In this document: one piece after another, positions 12,701 through 24,850 of the stretch
Position numbering within the stretch: the first letter of the stretch is position 1
Layout: every line of letters begins with the position of its first letter
DNA from: Raillietiella orientalis
Taxonomy: Eukaryota
Reading direction: 5' to 3'
DNA: 64,000 nt
NCBI GenBank assembly: GCA_036172245.1
Contig: JAYWIR010000009.1
Coordinates: forward strand, 3,720,001-3,784,000
Notes under the pieces: generated by a model
The model's input: the letters and a program-made list of their open reading frames with translations, nothing else
Told to the model about the DNA's origin: nothing
Database searches by the model: none
Position numbers and translations under genes: made by a program

Positions 12701-15700
12701 CTTCCTCCCCTTCCCCCGCCCCAGGGTTCCTAGACAAGAACCGGGACACGTTCAGCGGCGACCTCCTGCACCTCATCCACCTCTCCCGGAACAGGTTCCT
12801 GCGCGAGCTGTTCCCGGAGGAGGCACAGCCAGGATCGGAGACCCGGAAGCGCTCGTCGACGCTGTCCACGCAGTTCAAGAAGTCTCTGGACGCGCTCATG
12901 AAAATCCTGGGGCAGGCGCAGCCCTTCTTCGTCCGCTGCATCAAGCCCAACGAGCTGAAGAAGCCCATGGTGCGTCCGGGGTGCCCCCCCTCCGACCCCT
13001 ATTCCCCCCTCCTACCGGGCTCGTCCCCTCCCCCAGCTCTTTGACAGGGAGCTGTGCTGCCGGCAGCTGCGCTACTCCGGCATGATGGAGACCATCCGCA
13101 TCCGGCGCGCGGGCTACCCCATCCGCCACACCTTCCGGGAGTTCGCCGACCGCTACCGCCTGCTCGTCCGCGGGGGCGTGGCGCCGCCCGACCGCGGGAA
13201 GAGCGGACGCGACGGTGACGAGGACCACCGCCAGGACAGGACGCTCGCAGCGCGCATCTGCCAGGAGGTCCTGGGCGCCCGCGCCGACTACCAGCTGGGT
13301 CGCACCAAGGTGTTCCTCAAGGACGCCCATGACCTCCGCCTGGAGCAGGAGAGGGACAGGACGCTCACCGAGAAGATCGTCACCCTGCAGAAGTACATCA
13401 AGGGGTGGTACTGGAGGAGAAGGTGAGAAGAGGGGGAGGTGAGGTCACGCATCGCACCCCTGCCCCTCTCCCTCAGGTTCCTGAAGGCGCGGGCTGCTGC
13501 CGTGATCGTGCAGACCCACTGGAGGGGCGTCGTCCAGAGGAAGAGGTACAGGGAGATGCGCGTGGGCTACCTAAGGCTCCAGGCGGTGGTCCGCTCGCGG
13601 GTGCTCACGCACCGCTTTCGGCTGCTGCGGAATCACATCGTGGCGCTGCAGGCGGCCTGCCGGGGATTTCTCGTGCGGCTGGCCTGCCGCAGGAAGATGC
13701 GCGCCATCATCAAGCTGCAGAGCTGCGCCCGCGGGCTCGTGGCCAGGAGGAAGCTGGCGAAGCTGAGGGTCAGTTCGGGGGCGGGAGGGTGGCGACCCCG
13801 AGTCCGCCGCTTAACTGTCCGTTTCCTTCCCCCTTTCCCCTTCCCACTCTTTGCGTGCAGCTGGAACACCAGTGCAGGCTCGAGGTGCTGCATCTCAGGG
13901 ACCAGGAGGAGAGGGAGCTGCGCAAGCAACTGGGAACCAGGAAGGCGAAAGAGGTCGCAGACAGGCAGTACCGGGTGAGACCAACCTCCTAACCCCAACC
14001 CCCTTTTTCCAGACCCCTTCCCCCGGTTGCCACCGGCCGCCGCGCTGCGGTCAGCCCGCTTCCTGGGGGTCGCCCGCGCGGGCGCTTTCGTCCTGGAGCG
14101 CAGATGCCTGTGCATCAGGACGCACCCCGCCCTTCCTGCCGGGCCCCGCGACCTGGGTCTCTCCGCCGCGGGGTTCGAGCCAGCCCGCGGTCCACCGCTG
14201 CACCGCTGACGGCCCCTTTTCCCAGGACCGGCTGTGTGCCCTGGAGAGGGAGGAGCAGGAAGCGGAGCACCGCGCGCGCCAGCAGGCGGAGGTGAAACGC
14301 ACCGCTGTGCTAGAGGCCGAGAAGCGCCGGAGAGAACCCCTGGACGACGCCCGCCTCGTCGAGGACATCTTTGGGTTCCTGCCCGAGCCCGGGGCTTTCC
14401 AGGTGAAGCCGCCGCGCGCGTCCACCGAGGTGAGGGCCTCCGCATTTCTTCCTAGGACGTGAGCGGGGAGCGGGCGCCTGGAGCCGCCGAGGTCATCAAC
14501 GCCGTGCCGGCTCTGCGTGAGGACGCTGAGGACCTCTCGGCCTTCCGGTTCCACCAGTTCGCCTCGACCTACTTCCAGGGGAACGCCAACCACACGTACA
14601 GCAGGAGGCCGCTGAAGCAGCCGCTACTCGCCCTCCCGACGGCGGGAGACCAGCTGGTCAGTTTTGCCCCCCCCCCCCACTTTTCGCCCGTCCTCTCCAT
14701 CGCCCCTTCTCCCCGCAGGCGTCGCTCGTTCTATGGATAACCATCCTGCGGTTCATGGGCGACCTCCCCGAACCAAAGTGCCACGGCGTCGACAAAGACA
14801 ACGCGTCGGTGATGTCCAAGATCACTGCCACCCTCGGTCGCAACTTCGCGATGCGCAAGGACGCTCTCCTCCCGCCGACGGAAGGGGTGAGCCCCCGGGG
14901 GTAGGGTGCGCGTGTGCGACCGCCCCCCGTCCCCGCCTCCCCCTTCTCTTTGCACCCCAGCAGGACGCCGGCGCGATCCGCCAGAAGCAGCAGCCGCGGT
15001 CCATCCGGCACAGGCTGGTCTCGCTCACCCTGAAGAAGAAGAGCAAACTGGATGAGGACGTGAGGCGGCACCTGCAGGACGCCGCGGCGGCGTACAGCTA
15101 CGGCGACTGGCTGGAGGCGAGACCGACGTCCAACCTGGAGAAGCTGCACTTCATCATCGGGCACGGCATCCTCCGTGCGGAGCTCAGGTGAGACGGCGGT
15201 CTCCACCGCGGATCGGGGGGGGGGGAGGGAGGAAAGAAAATCCGTGGGGTCGCGCCATCCCTCCTCTCTCCCCTCGAGCACTTCCTTCCTCATCGTCCCT
15301 TCCCCCGTGTGCTACCCCAAGGGACGAGATCTACTGCCAGATCTGCAAGCAGCTGACCGAGAACCCCAGCAAGTCCTCCCATGCGCGCGGGTGGATCCTC
15401 CTGTCGCTGTGCGTCGGCTGCTTCTCCCCCACCGAGAGGTTCGTCAAGTTCCTGCTGGAGTTCATCCGGGAGGGACCCCCCGGGTACGCCCCCTACTGCG
15501 AGGACCGCTTGTGGAGGACATTCCTGAACGGGACGAGGAACCAGCCGCCGAGTTGGCTGGAGCTTCAGGTGGGCCCGGTGCCGGGAGCGTTGCACCCCCC
15601 CCTCCTCCCCTCCCTCCTTTCCTCCAGGCCACCAAGTCCAAGAAGCCGCTCATGCTCCCGGTGACCTTCATGGACGGGGACACGAAGACCCTACTGGCGG

Positions 15701-18700
15701 ACTCTGCGACCACGGCGAGGGAGCTCTGCGAGCATCTGGCCGGCAAGATTGGCCTGCGGGACCACTTCGGGTTCTCCCTGTACATCGCCCTCTTCGACAA
15801 GGTCGGCGCCCCTGCCTTCCTTTTTTTCCCTTCCGAACCTCCCCTGTGCCTTCCTCCCGCCTTCCCAGGTGTCCTCCCTGGGCAGCTCCGGGGACCACGT
15901 GATGGACGCCATCAGCCAGTGTGAGCAGTACGCCAAGGAGCAGGGTTCCAAGGAGAGGAACGCCCCCTGGCGGCTGTTCTTCCGGAAGGAGATCTTCACC
16001 CCCTGGCACGACCCCGGCGAAGACCCCGTGTCCACGAACCTCATCTACCAGCAGGTCGTCCGGGGAGTCAAGTTCGGGGAGTACCGCTGCACCAAGGTGA
16101 GCATGCGCTCGCTCGCCCCTTCCCTCCCTCGACCCGAGGGTCGACGCCTGACCTCTTTCCGGAAGGAGGAGGACCTGGCGCTGCTCGCTTGCCAGCAGTG
16201 CTACGTGGACTTCGGCGCGGACGTCCGCGTGGACCAGATTTCCAGGAACATCCCCAGCTTCATTCCCGACCAGTACCTTGGCACGGACAAGCAGGTGGAC
16301 AAGTGGACGCTCGCGGTCGTCCACATGCTGGAAAAGGTGCGCGGGAAAGCGAGGAAGGGGCTCGGAGGGAGGGAAGGGAGCGCCGCGGCTCTTCTTCCTC
16401 CCCTGTTCCGGCGGGAGTGACCTCGCCTCGCCTCAGCTACTCCAGGAGAGGCCCTCTGTGGACCACATCAAGGAGGACGTCGTGGACTTCGCGAGGACTA
16501 GGTGGCCGCTGCTCTTCTCCAGGTTCTACGAGGCGTTCCGCTTCTCCGGTAGGGCCACCGCCGCGGGCGCTGCCCGGACGTCTCCTTCCCTCCCCCTCCA
16601 ACAGGTCCAGACTTCCCCCAGAACGACGTCATCGTCGCCATCAACTGGAAGGGTGTCTGCGTGATCGACGACCAGGAGCAGATCCTTTTGGAGTTGCCGT
16701 ACGCGGAGGTGGTGGCCGCCTCTCCGCCCAGGTGGGTCCGGCGGTCTTCCACCATCACTACCGCTCGCGCACCTCCCCCCCATCCCTCCCTCCTCCTCCC
16801 CACAGGAACGGCGGCGTCACTTCCTCGCCCACCGCCGGCGCCGGGAAGGCCTTCTCACTGAGCACCGTGAAAGGGGACGAGCTGGTCTTTCAGAGCGCCA
16901 ATAGCGACGATATCATCGAGCTGGTCACCGGGTTCCTGGAGGGTCTGCGGAGCAGGTCACGCTTCGTCATCGCCCTGGACGAGTGCCGGGCGTCAGGTGG
17001 GCGGCCGGGCGGATGGCCGCGTGCGCGCGGCGCCACCTCCGGCTTTTCTCTTTCCCCCCCATTCCCTTCTCCAGAGGACAACCCGTCCTTCCTGAGCTTC
17101 CGCCGCGGGGATCTCATCGTGCTGGAGGACGGTTGCACGGGGGACGCCGTCGCGGACGCCCGATGGTGCGAGGGCCACTGCGAGCGCACCGACTGCAGGG
17201 GCCACTTTCCCACCGATCGCGTGTACGTCCTGCCGACCATCTCCAGGCCGGGACCGGAAACCCTGGCCCTCTTCGCCGATGGACCGCAGCGTCGCGGACC
17301 ATACGGCGGCGACGGCGACGACGACGACGTTGAGCTCGCCCTGCATCACCCCCAGCACCACCACCCGTACCATTACCACCACCACCGCCTCCAGCAGCAG
17401 CAGCAGCAACCCGGGTACCTCGCAGGGACCCTGGAGAAGCCTCACACTCTCGAGCAGTACTCCTTCGACCACTTCCTTGCGCCCCTGGCGAAGCTGGCGG
17501 GCACCAGGAGATCCGCGCAGCCGCAGTCGAAGGACGAGCTTTGGCGCTATTCCAGGTCGGGAGCTGCGCTGCCCTTCCGGTTCCCCCTTCTTCACCTCCT
17601 CCCCCTCTTCCTTCCTCCACCCAAGGGAGCCCCTGCAGCAGCCGCTGCTGAAGAAAGTCGTCACCCGCGAAGAGGAGGCGCAGGACGCCTGCCGGACGTT
17701 CGTCGCCATCCTGAAGTACATGGGCGACTTCCCCAGCCGCCGCCCCCGCTCGGGCAACGAGCTCACGGACCAGATCTTCAGCCCTCCCCTTAGCCACGTG
17801 AGTGTTTTTTTTTTTTCCTCCTTCTTTTTCTCCCCCCCCCCCGCTCTCTCTTTTTCCTGTTCCCCCCACACACTAGTATTCCCGCTCCCCTTCCTCTTCT
17901 ATCATTCCCCTGCGCCTTTTTTGCTCCCGGCGCTTCTCCTTCCGCCTCCCTCAGACGAGGAAGGAGGCAGACGAGCAGCAGCACCCCGCCAATGCCTCTT
18001 TTCCCGGCAGGAGATCCTCCGGGACGAGGTGTACTGCCAGATCATGAAGCAGCTGACGGGCAATCCTAGCCGCTCCAGCGAGGAACGTGGCTGGGAGCTC
18101 ATGTGGTTGGCCACGGGCCTCTTCGCCTGCAGCCAGGGTCTCCTGGGGCACTTGACTCCGTTCCTGCGGACGCGGAGGCACCCCATGGCTCTGGACTCCC
18201 TGCATCGGCTGAAGAAGACTCTGAGGGCCGGGCAGAGGAAGTTCCCGCCCCACCAAGTGGAAGTGGAGGCGGTCCAGCACAAGACGACGCAGATCTTCCA
18301 CAAGGTGTACTTCCCGGACGACACCGACGAGGCCTTTGAGGTGGACTCGAGCACGCGCGCCAGGGACTTCTGCGCCAGCATCAGCCAGCGACTGGGCCTC
18401 AAGTCCAGCGAAGGGTTCAGCCTGTTCGTCAAGATCGCCGACAAAGTCATCTCGGTGCCCGAGGAAGACTTCTTCTTCGACTTCGTCCGGCACCTCGCAG
18501 ACTGGATCCGCGAGGTGCGCCCGACCAAGGACGGTGAGTACCCTCGCCCCCGAACCCCTTCTCCCCGCTCCTTGCCCACCGTGACTCTCGGCTTGGGGCC
18601 GCTTGGTTCCAGGGGAAGGAGGAAGGGCCGTCGTCTCCCGTATCCCCGGGATGCGAGGCGATTCTGCTTCGTCGCCGCCCTCCTCTCCTTCCCGTACGCG

Positions 18701-19941
18701 TCGGGAGCCAGTGCCGCTGCGGGAGGAGGTCGGAGAAGGTGCCGTCTTGCGTTCCCCTTGGCAATCTGGTGTCACTTCGCTGTCCTCCGGACCGGAAGGC
18801 ACTGACCATCCGGACGAAGGCCCCACGCACCGGTGGACGCGCACGTAGAGCTCTTTCGTCTTCTCTCCCCTCCCTCCTTCCTTCCCGGTTGCTTTCATCC
18901 CTGCGCGCCGCCGCCTCCGGGAGGGGTGGAGGAGGAGAGAGACCGACATGGACCGCCCTTCCGTCTTTGCAGGAGTGGCCGCCCTCTGTACCTACCAGGT
19001 CTTCTACATGAAGAAGCTGTGGTCGCGCACGGTCCCCGGCAGGGACCGCAACGCTGACGTCATCTTCCACTTCCACCAGGAGCTGCCCAAGTATCTCCGA
19101 GGTGCGTGATGCTTCCGGGACCCTCTTTCATCCCCTCCGATCACGTTCTTTCCCGCAGGTTTCCATCGCTGCTCCGTCGAGGAGGCTGCTTCGCTGGCCG
19201 CGCTGGTGTTCCGCGCGAAGTTCGGGGAAAACCGCCAGGAGCTGCAGAACCTCCCGTGAGTCTACGCGGTGGTCCTGCAACCTCTTCCACCCCCTTCATC
19301 CGGCTCCTTCCTCCAGAGCGTTGCTGCGCGATCTGCTGCCTGCCGACCTCCTGAAGGCGCAGAGCGCCGGCGAGTGGAAGAAGGCCATAGCGGGTGCGTT
19401 CCTCCAGGACGCAGGGATGACCGACGACGACGCGAAGGTCGCATTCCTGAGGGTGCGTATGGCGAGGAACAGGGATGGAACCGGGAGGAAGCCGTCCACC
19501 TACCCACCCCGTACACCCTATTTACCACCCTTGCCTTTCTTCCACCCACAGGCTGTGTACCGGTGGCCCACGTTCGGATCGGCCTTCTTCGAGGTCAGGC
19601 AGACGACCGACCCCCACTATCCAGAGGATCTCCTGGTGGCCATCAACAAGAGCGGTGTCAGCCTGATCCACCCCGTGACGAAGGTCGGTATTTCTGGGTG
19701 GTTCCGTGCCACCCCACGGCGGTCGCCTGACCGCGCGTCTCCTTTCCAGGACGTGCTTGCAGTGCACCCGTTTACCCAGATCTCCAACTGGTCCAGTGGC
19801 AACACGTACTTCCACATGACGATCGGGAACCTGGTCCAAGGGAACAAGCTCCTCTTCGAGACCCCCCTGGGCTACAAGATGGACGACCTGCTGACTTCGT
19901 ACATCTCCTTTGTCATCAGCTCGATGAACCGGAAGAGATGA
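9775..19941 (+). CDS. ck: Unconventional myosin VIIa (crinkled-like): motor, IQ motifs, MyTH4-FERM, SH3, MyTH4-FERM; 34 coding exons, about 2198 aa
   Basis: Hand-spliced, all introns GT..AG and phases consistent (6597 nt total): 9775-9792, 9862-9975, 10030-10176, 10331-10515, 10767-10888, 10945-11201, 11307-11472, 11583-11713, 12011-12198, 12251-12461, 12526-12661, 12725-12969, 13037-13422, 13477-13768, 13861-13974, 14226-14402, 14456-14656, 14719-14886, 14961-15187, 15322-15568, 15628-15801, 15869-16096, 16166-16336, 16437-16548, 16605-16731, 16806-16996, 17075-17555, 17626-17797, 18011-18533, 18973-19101, 19159-19255, 19317-19452, 19552-19683, 19750-19941. N-terminus MVIVTRGDYIW; P-loop [10 protein letters not shown]; switch I NDNSSRFG; switch II DIFGFE; MyTH4 RDEIYCQ and RDEVYCQ; C-terminal [13 protein letters not shown]; all match Drosophila ck/MYO7A as remembered. 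An acceptor (ctctag, 9767) just upstream of the ATG implies a 5' UTR intron. Confidence 0.97.
11812..12008 (+). repeat. Polypyrimidine tract of about 200 nt in myosin intron 8
   Basis: Almost pure C/T sequence (cctcctctt units) up to the acceptor at 12010. Confidence 0.85.
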
Positions 19942-22900
19942 ACGTCTTACCCCCCCCCTCTCCCACCTCCAGTAAAGTGCCTTGCCGGAGGAGCGTGCCC
20001 TTGGACGGTCCACGTTTCCGGGGAAGTGGGGAAAGGGAGGAGAGAGGTCCCTCAGGGTGCGTCCGCACCCCAGACAGAATGCCTCCCGGGCTCTCGAAGA
20101 GAATTCGAAGGACCCCCATTTCGCGCACAGGGACGCGCCCCTCCACCCTTCTTCCCTACCTCGTCCTTGATGCATCGTAACTCCGGGGGGCACGGTGGAC
20201 GGTAGGGCGCCGCGCGAATCCCTTCAGGCACGGGGAAACGCTTGCTTTCCCTCCGGCCCTACCCCTCTTGAGCGCTTGTGGCTGTGGCACTACGACTTCC
20301 TGACCTCCCCAGCATTTCCTGGCCCCGACCTCGACTGGGAAGTTCCTTCACTTTGATCCTTTAACCTTCAGTCGTTGGACATACCTCCTCGAAAGTGCTT
20401 CCTTCCCACCCTATCCCCTGCGCTCCCAACTCGTCCCCTGGCCGAGCGAAGAGCGGATGTTTGCCTCGAGGCGACTCCTTTCTTCCGGAAGGACTCTTCT
20501 CCCTGGAACACCTGCGAGGGACGCCCTCCTGCCCTTTCACTCTCCATCTGGCGTCGCTTGAGGGGTTTGCAAGGATCGTGCGGATGCGGCGGGTACGGGG
20601 CTGTGCTGCCAGTGCTGTCTGCAGGGTTTCCGGAAGCACGGAAACCCCACCGTGGTGCGGCCGACCCTACTGTGAAACTCCTCTCCTCCCTTCCTCCAGC
20701 GATGCAATTCCAGTGCTCCCCAATAGGAGGTTTCTTCGTCCGTGCAAGATACTGATGGTGGAACCCTGCTAAGCGCCATAGTCCGGGAGACGGGCGTCTT
20801 ACCGAGGTTCGTGCGCGTGTTCCTCCCGTCCGCGGCGGCTTTTTCCGGCGAGAGGGCAGCAAGCGGGACTGCTTTCGCGCGCTTTTCTCAAGAAGTGGCT
20901 TCCTGCTCCGGTCGGCTCTTTTGTTCGCTGGCATTTTCGGACCGCTGTTCTTTGCCTTCCCGCCCCTCTCACCAAAGGGTCCTCTAAAACTGCGTTCGGG
21001 GGAGGGGAGGGGCTGATGGCTGCCTCCTCCTCATCCGTCAGCCTCCCTGTTTCGTGTCTGCGCGCAGAACGGAGGGGAGGTGGTTGGGAGTCTGCAAACT
21101 GGCCACCTGCGTCCCTCCCTCTCCCCAAAGAGCGAAGGCCGGGGGGGTTCGATTCCGGTCCAGATTTCTGCGAAAAAAAATTTCCGCTTCCCCCTCCTTT
21201 CCTCCCCCGAGCACGGAGTCATGCATCGTGGGTTTCTCCGGGCCGCCTCGTGAGGGACAACGTCCCAGGTCTTACTGCGGGAAGTCATCATCGGCGGCGC
21301 GCCCCCGGGGAACGGGTGGGGCGCCTCTGCCGGTCGTGCAATCCTCGCTCCGTGCGCTGCGCGTGGGATGAGGTACTTCCGGCCGGAGGGTGGCGTTTTC
21401 TGACCACTCCCTGAGGTGTGCAGGCGGGAGGGCCGTTGCGAAAACGGTCGGCAGCGATCCTCGCGGCGATGCGCTCTGCAGGTCCCTGCAAACAAACACA
21501 GAAACAAAAACGAAGGGACCTTGAGATCCTCGTCCTTTCCCCCGTTTCCTGGATACGGTCTCCGCACGAAACACGGAAGCGGGAAATGATTGTCCTCCGT
21601 CCGCGCGTCGCTCCGCTTCGGCGCGCTCGCGGTTGTCGGCCACGAGCAGTCCGAGGGCGAGCACCGCGGACTGCTCGCGCACCAGGCAGAAGGTTCGGCG
21701 GCGAAGGGGGCCTCTCTCCCTTGGGGCCGGCCCTCCGGCGGACGCCCAGTTCTGAAGCGGCGTCCCGAGAATGCCACCGGAAGCGGGCTGGTCGCATCGG
21801 AAAGACTGTCGACCTCGGCCGAGAGACGTGGAAGAGCGCGCATCCCGGATGCAGCCGCCCGCCGCTTGCCGTCTCGGTCACGTGCGCACGCGTGCGCGGG
21901 TTTGCTTCGTTCCAAGTGTCGGTGCGCCGGCGCGCACATCACCCGACACGCGAGATCATCACCGGCCCACGTCTCAGGCGAGTGAGGAGGAGCTCTGACC
22001 GGAAGCAGGATCCGAATCCTGCTGAGATTCCAAGGTCTTCCTCCCCCTTCCCCCACCCTCTTCTCGGTGCAGTTTGCTGCTCAGGGGGTATCACATATCA
22101 GCTGACCTCGAAGAGTTACCTCGGCGGCGGCTGAGGTGGTCAGGTGGATCTCTGAGATCGATACCACATTGCCTGTCGACATACGACAGTTAAGCACGAG
22201 AACGCATCTGTGAAGAAGAGTTTGCGAATCACCATACATGCCAAAGATCGTCCCGTGATATTCTTCTCTTCCAAATGCAGCAGAAACATCCCTCTCGCAC
22301 TCATGAACACAGCGAACCAGTGTCCCTGAGAGGTACCTAGGGTTGCCACTGCTGCTGGAGGCAGCGGAGATGGTATTGGTACGGGTGGTGTTGCACAGCG
22401 ACCTCGACGTCGTCTCGTGTACACTGCAAGGGGAGGGGGTATACGCTTTTTTTCTTCTGCCAAACAGAAATCCAATCCTAGCATGGTAGCAGGTTTACCT
22501 TTCCGCTCTACAGCCTCTTACTTTAAGCAAGCTGATGACCGATTTGTCTTCTTTTTCTGCTTCGTTGCAGTCTTGCCGTCATGAATCCGATAAATGTGGG
22601 GGCGCGTTGGTAAGATTGTGCACTGCGTCTGGAGAGAGGCCGTTGGTGTGCATAGGACCTTCTTTGGTGGTAATGGCGTCACCGGTGGCCTGTCTGTGAT
22701 TGAGATGGTGAGTTTGCCTTGGTTACGATCATTGTGGCCATTTTTCTCCGGGAGCATGGGACGGGAGAGCATGATCTTGGATAGGTGACTTAGGGCAGTG
22801 TTTTTTCGAGGAAACAGAAGGGAGAGGTCGTGAAGGGGAAAAAAGCCTTTTGTTTTTGTTTCTTTGTGTGTGTGTGTGAAAATAAAATCGCAAGAGGAAT

Positions 22901-23214
22901 GTTTTCTTAAAGTGGATGGACGGGCAGCCTGTAGTGATGGTCCTGCGAAATGCTGATGGGTGTCGCACCGAAGAACGTGCCGACAGACTGAAACGGATGC
23001 ATTAGTGCTGCTCCCGTCCCGTCTGCTGGTTCCAGTCTGTCGGCACATGCTGGCTCGTGGTGCGGGAGCCATGCTGCCTCCCGCACCACGAAAGATGGAT
23101 TCATCCCACACACACTTCTCTCGTTTATCACCATCGACGTTCACCCGGACACGAGGCAGTCTTAAACCCCTACAAATCTCTGAAAAACCCAGACGACGTG
23201 CCAGCACGACGTGA

Positions 23215-23253
23215 CATCTTAGTTTCTTCGACGCCGCCGAAGAAACTAAGATG
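23215..23253. other. Perfect inverted repeat, 16-bp stem, 7-nt loop
   Basis: catcttagtttcttcg acgccgc cgaagaaactaagatg. Confidence 0.9.
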
Positions 23254-24850
23254 CAGCACAAGGGCTGCGTTAACATAAGCGATTATCCCTCAAGCATTCT
23301 TTGTGGAGGTTTGTCGCTGTGTTTCCGAATTGCTCATGAACCAATGACGAAAATAATACTAATAAATGAAAACGGTGCCTTTCTTGAAACTTGCACGGAG
23401 GACCGAAGGCAACTGCTCGCCGTTGACGCAGAGCATTCTGTGCTATGAATCATGGTGAGGGAGTCCATCCTTTCATGGTCCCTTACTCTTGCAACATCGT
23501 GCAGAGCCCTCCACAATTTTTTACGCACGCTCTAACGGCAGGCGAACCTATAATGGATCGAGCACAGGGAAGAGAGCATACCATAATGTGGAGCGCACAA
23601 GATACATATAATGCATAATATCAGGCAGTAATCTATCCATGGCTCCATTTTCCAGATCAGCTGTCACAGCATCTGATCTTCAAATCGAACCGGCCCAGGC
23701 CATCATAAGAGACCCATGATTTTTCTAGCGAATCGGAAACAAAAAAAAGGCAGCTACGCGCATCAGTGTACTATGCAGAATGTCAGCTGATGCATCACAA
23801 CTGCGTACCGTGCGACCAAATATCCCTCGGCAACCGAAAATGCCATCTGTTTCGCACAGGATGTCTCAGAGAACGCAGCAGAGTGACCAACCAGCGTCCA
23901 GCACGTGCTGAAGAGTTTTACTGTGGACCTCCGCCTACCCTTCTTCCCTGACCTCGCATCAAGAGATTCCCGTGCCTGGGGTCGGAAAAGCGCGCAACCC
24001 GCCCTCCCCTGGCAATTGCGATCAAGTTGTGTGAGGATAAAGATGTGTGTTGCGAAAGGACACATCAACATTCTTAGCATTTCAGGCAGATAAGAAACTT
24101 GGAAATCCAACAGCTGTTGAAAAGGGGTCACTGAAAATATCCCTTTGGAGGTAGCTGCAATCTACAATTAGAACCAACCAGACTCTAATCCAAATGTGCT
24201 GCTGAATTTAACGTTAGGTAGCATGAATGAAATCTAGAATGTGTACTAGAATGTGCCCATGCTATGGTGCTGATTATGTGCCCAGGACAGACAGGCATTT
24301 CACAATCTGTACCATGGAAAAGGGGAAAACACCAATGAAATTGGAACCTGGCCAAATCAATTCTCTCACCAATCAGTCCTTTGCAGTAAAGGTTCAAGTA
24401 AATTACTTACCTCAGTAAGACTGTGCAAAATTATGAAAGCACAAACTTCGAACACCTAATGCATGCCAACCCCACATTTTGCACTTAACTGAATACTGCA
24501 ACCAGTCAACATCAAAAAGAATGCGCGAAAGGGTGAAGCAAAAAAAATGCACCTTTAGTGCACCTTATTGGACTGCGCAGTCAACCACCTTATTTTCAAA
24601 CAGTGCTACATGCATGTGAAGCATGTGCAAACCATACTTCCACTGTTTTGCTTACTCAGCATACCATCATGAATAAAGAAAATAAATAAGAGAGCAATAC
24701 GAAATTAAATAAAAGTTAGTAAAGAAATGGAATTCAGAGCTCAATAATAAAATCAATTAATCTCATGTATTTAGTAAAACACAGTGGGACCACACATGCA
24801 TACATAATAAAAACGAAAATTGCATTTTCAACTTTCAGTAGGACTTCAGT

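Noticed and set aside
12941..18949. Long antisense ORFs over the myosin gene (for example 17951-18949, 15668-16324)
   Set aside because: Shadow frames caused by high GC3 codon usage on the sense strand.
21130..21160. B-box-like GGTTCGATTCC
   Set aside because: No A box or cloverleaf; at best a SINE trace.
21031..23276. ORFs of 238-341 aa between myosin and RpS8
   Set aside because: No recognisable domains, codon bias or supported splice structure.
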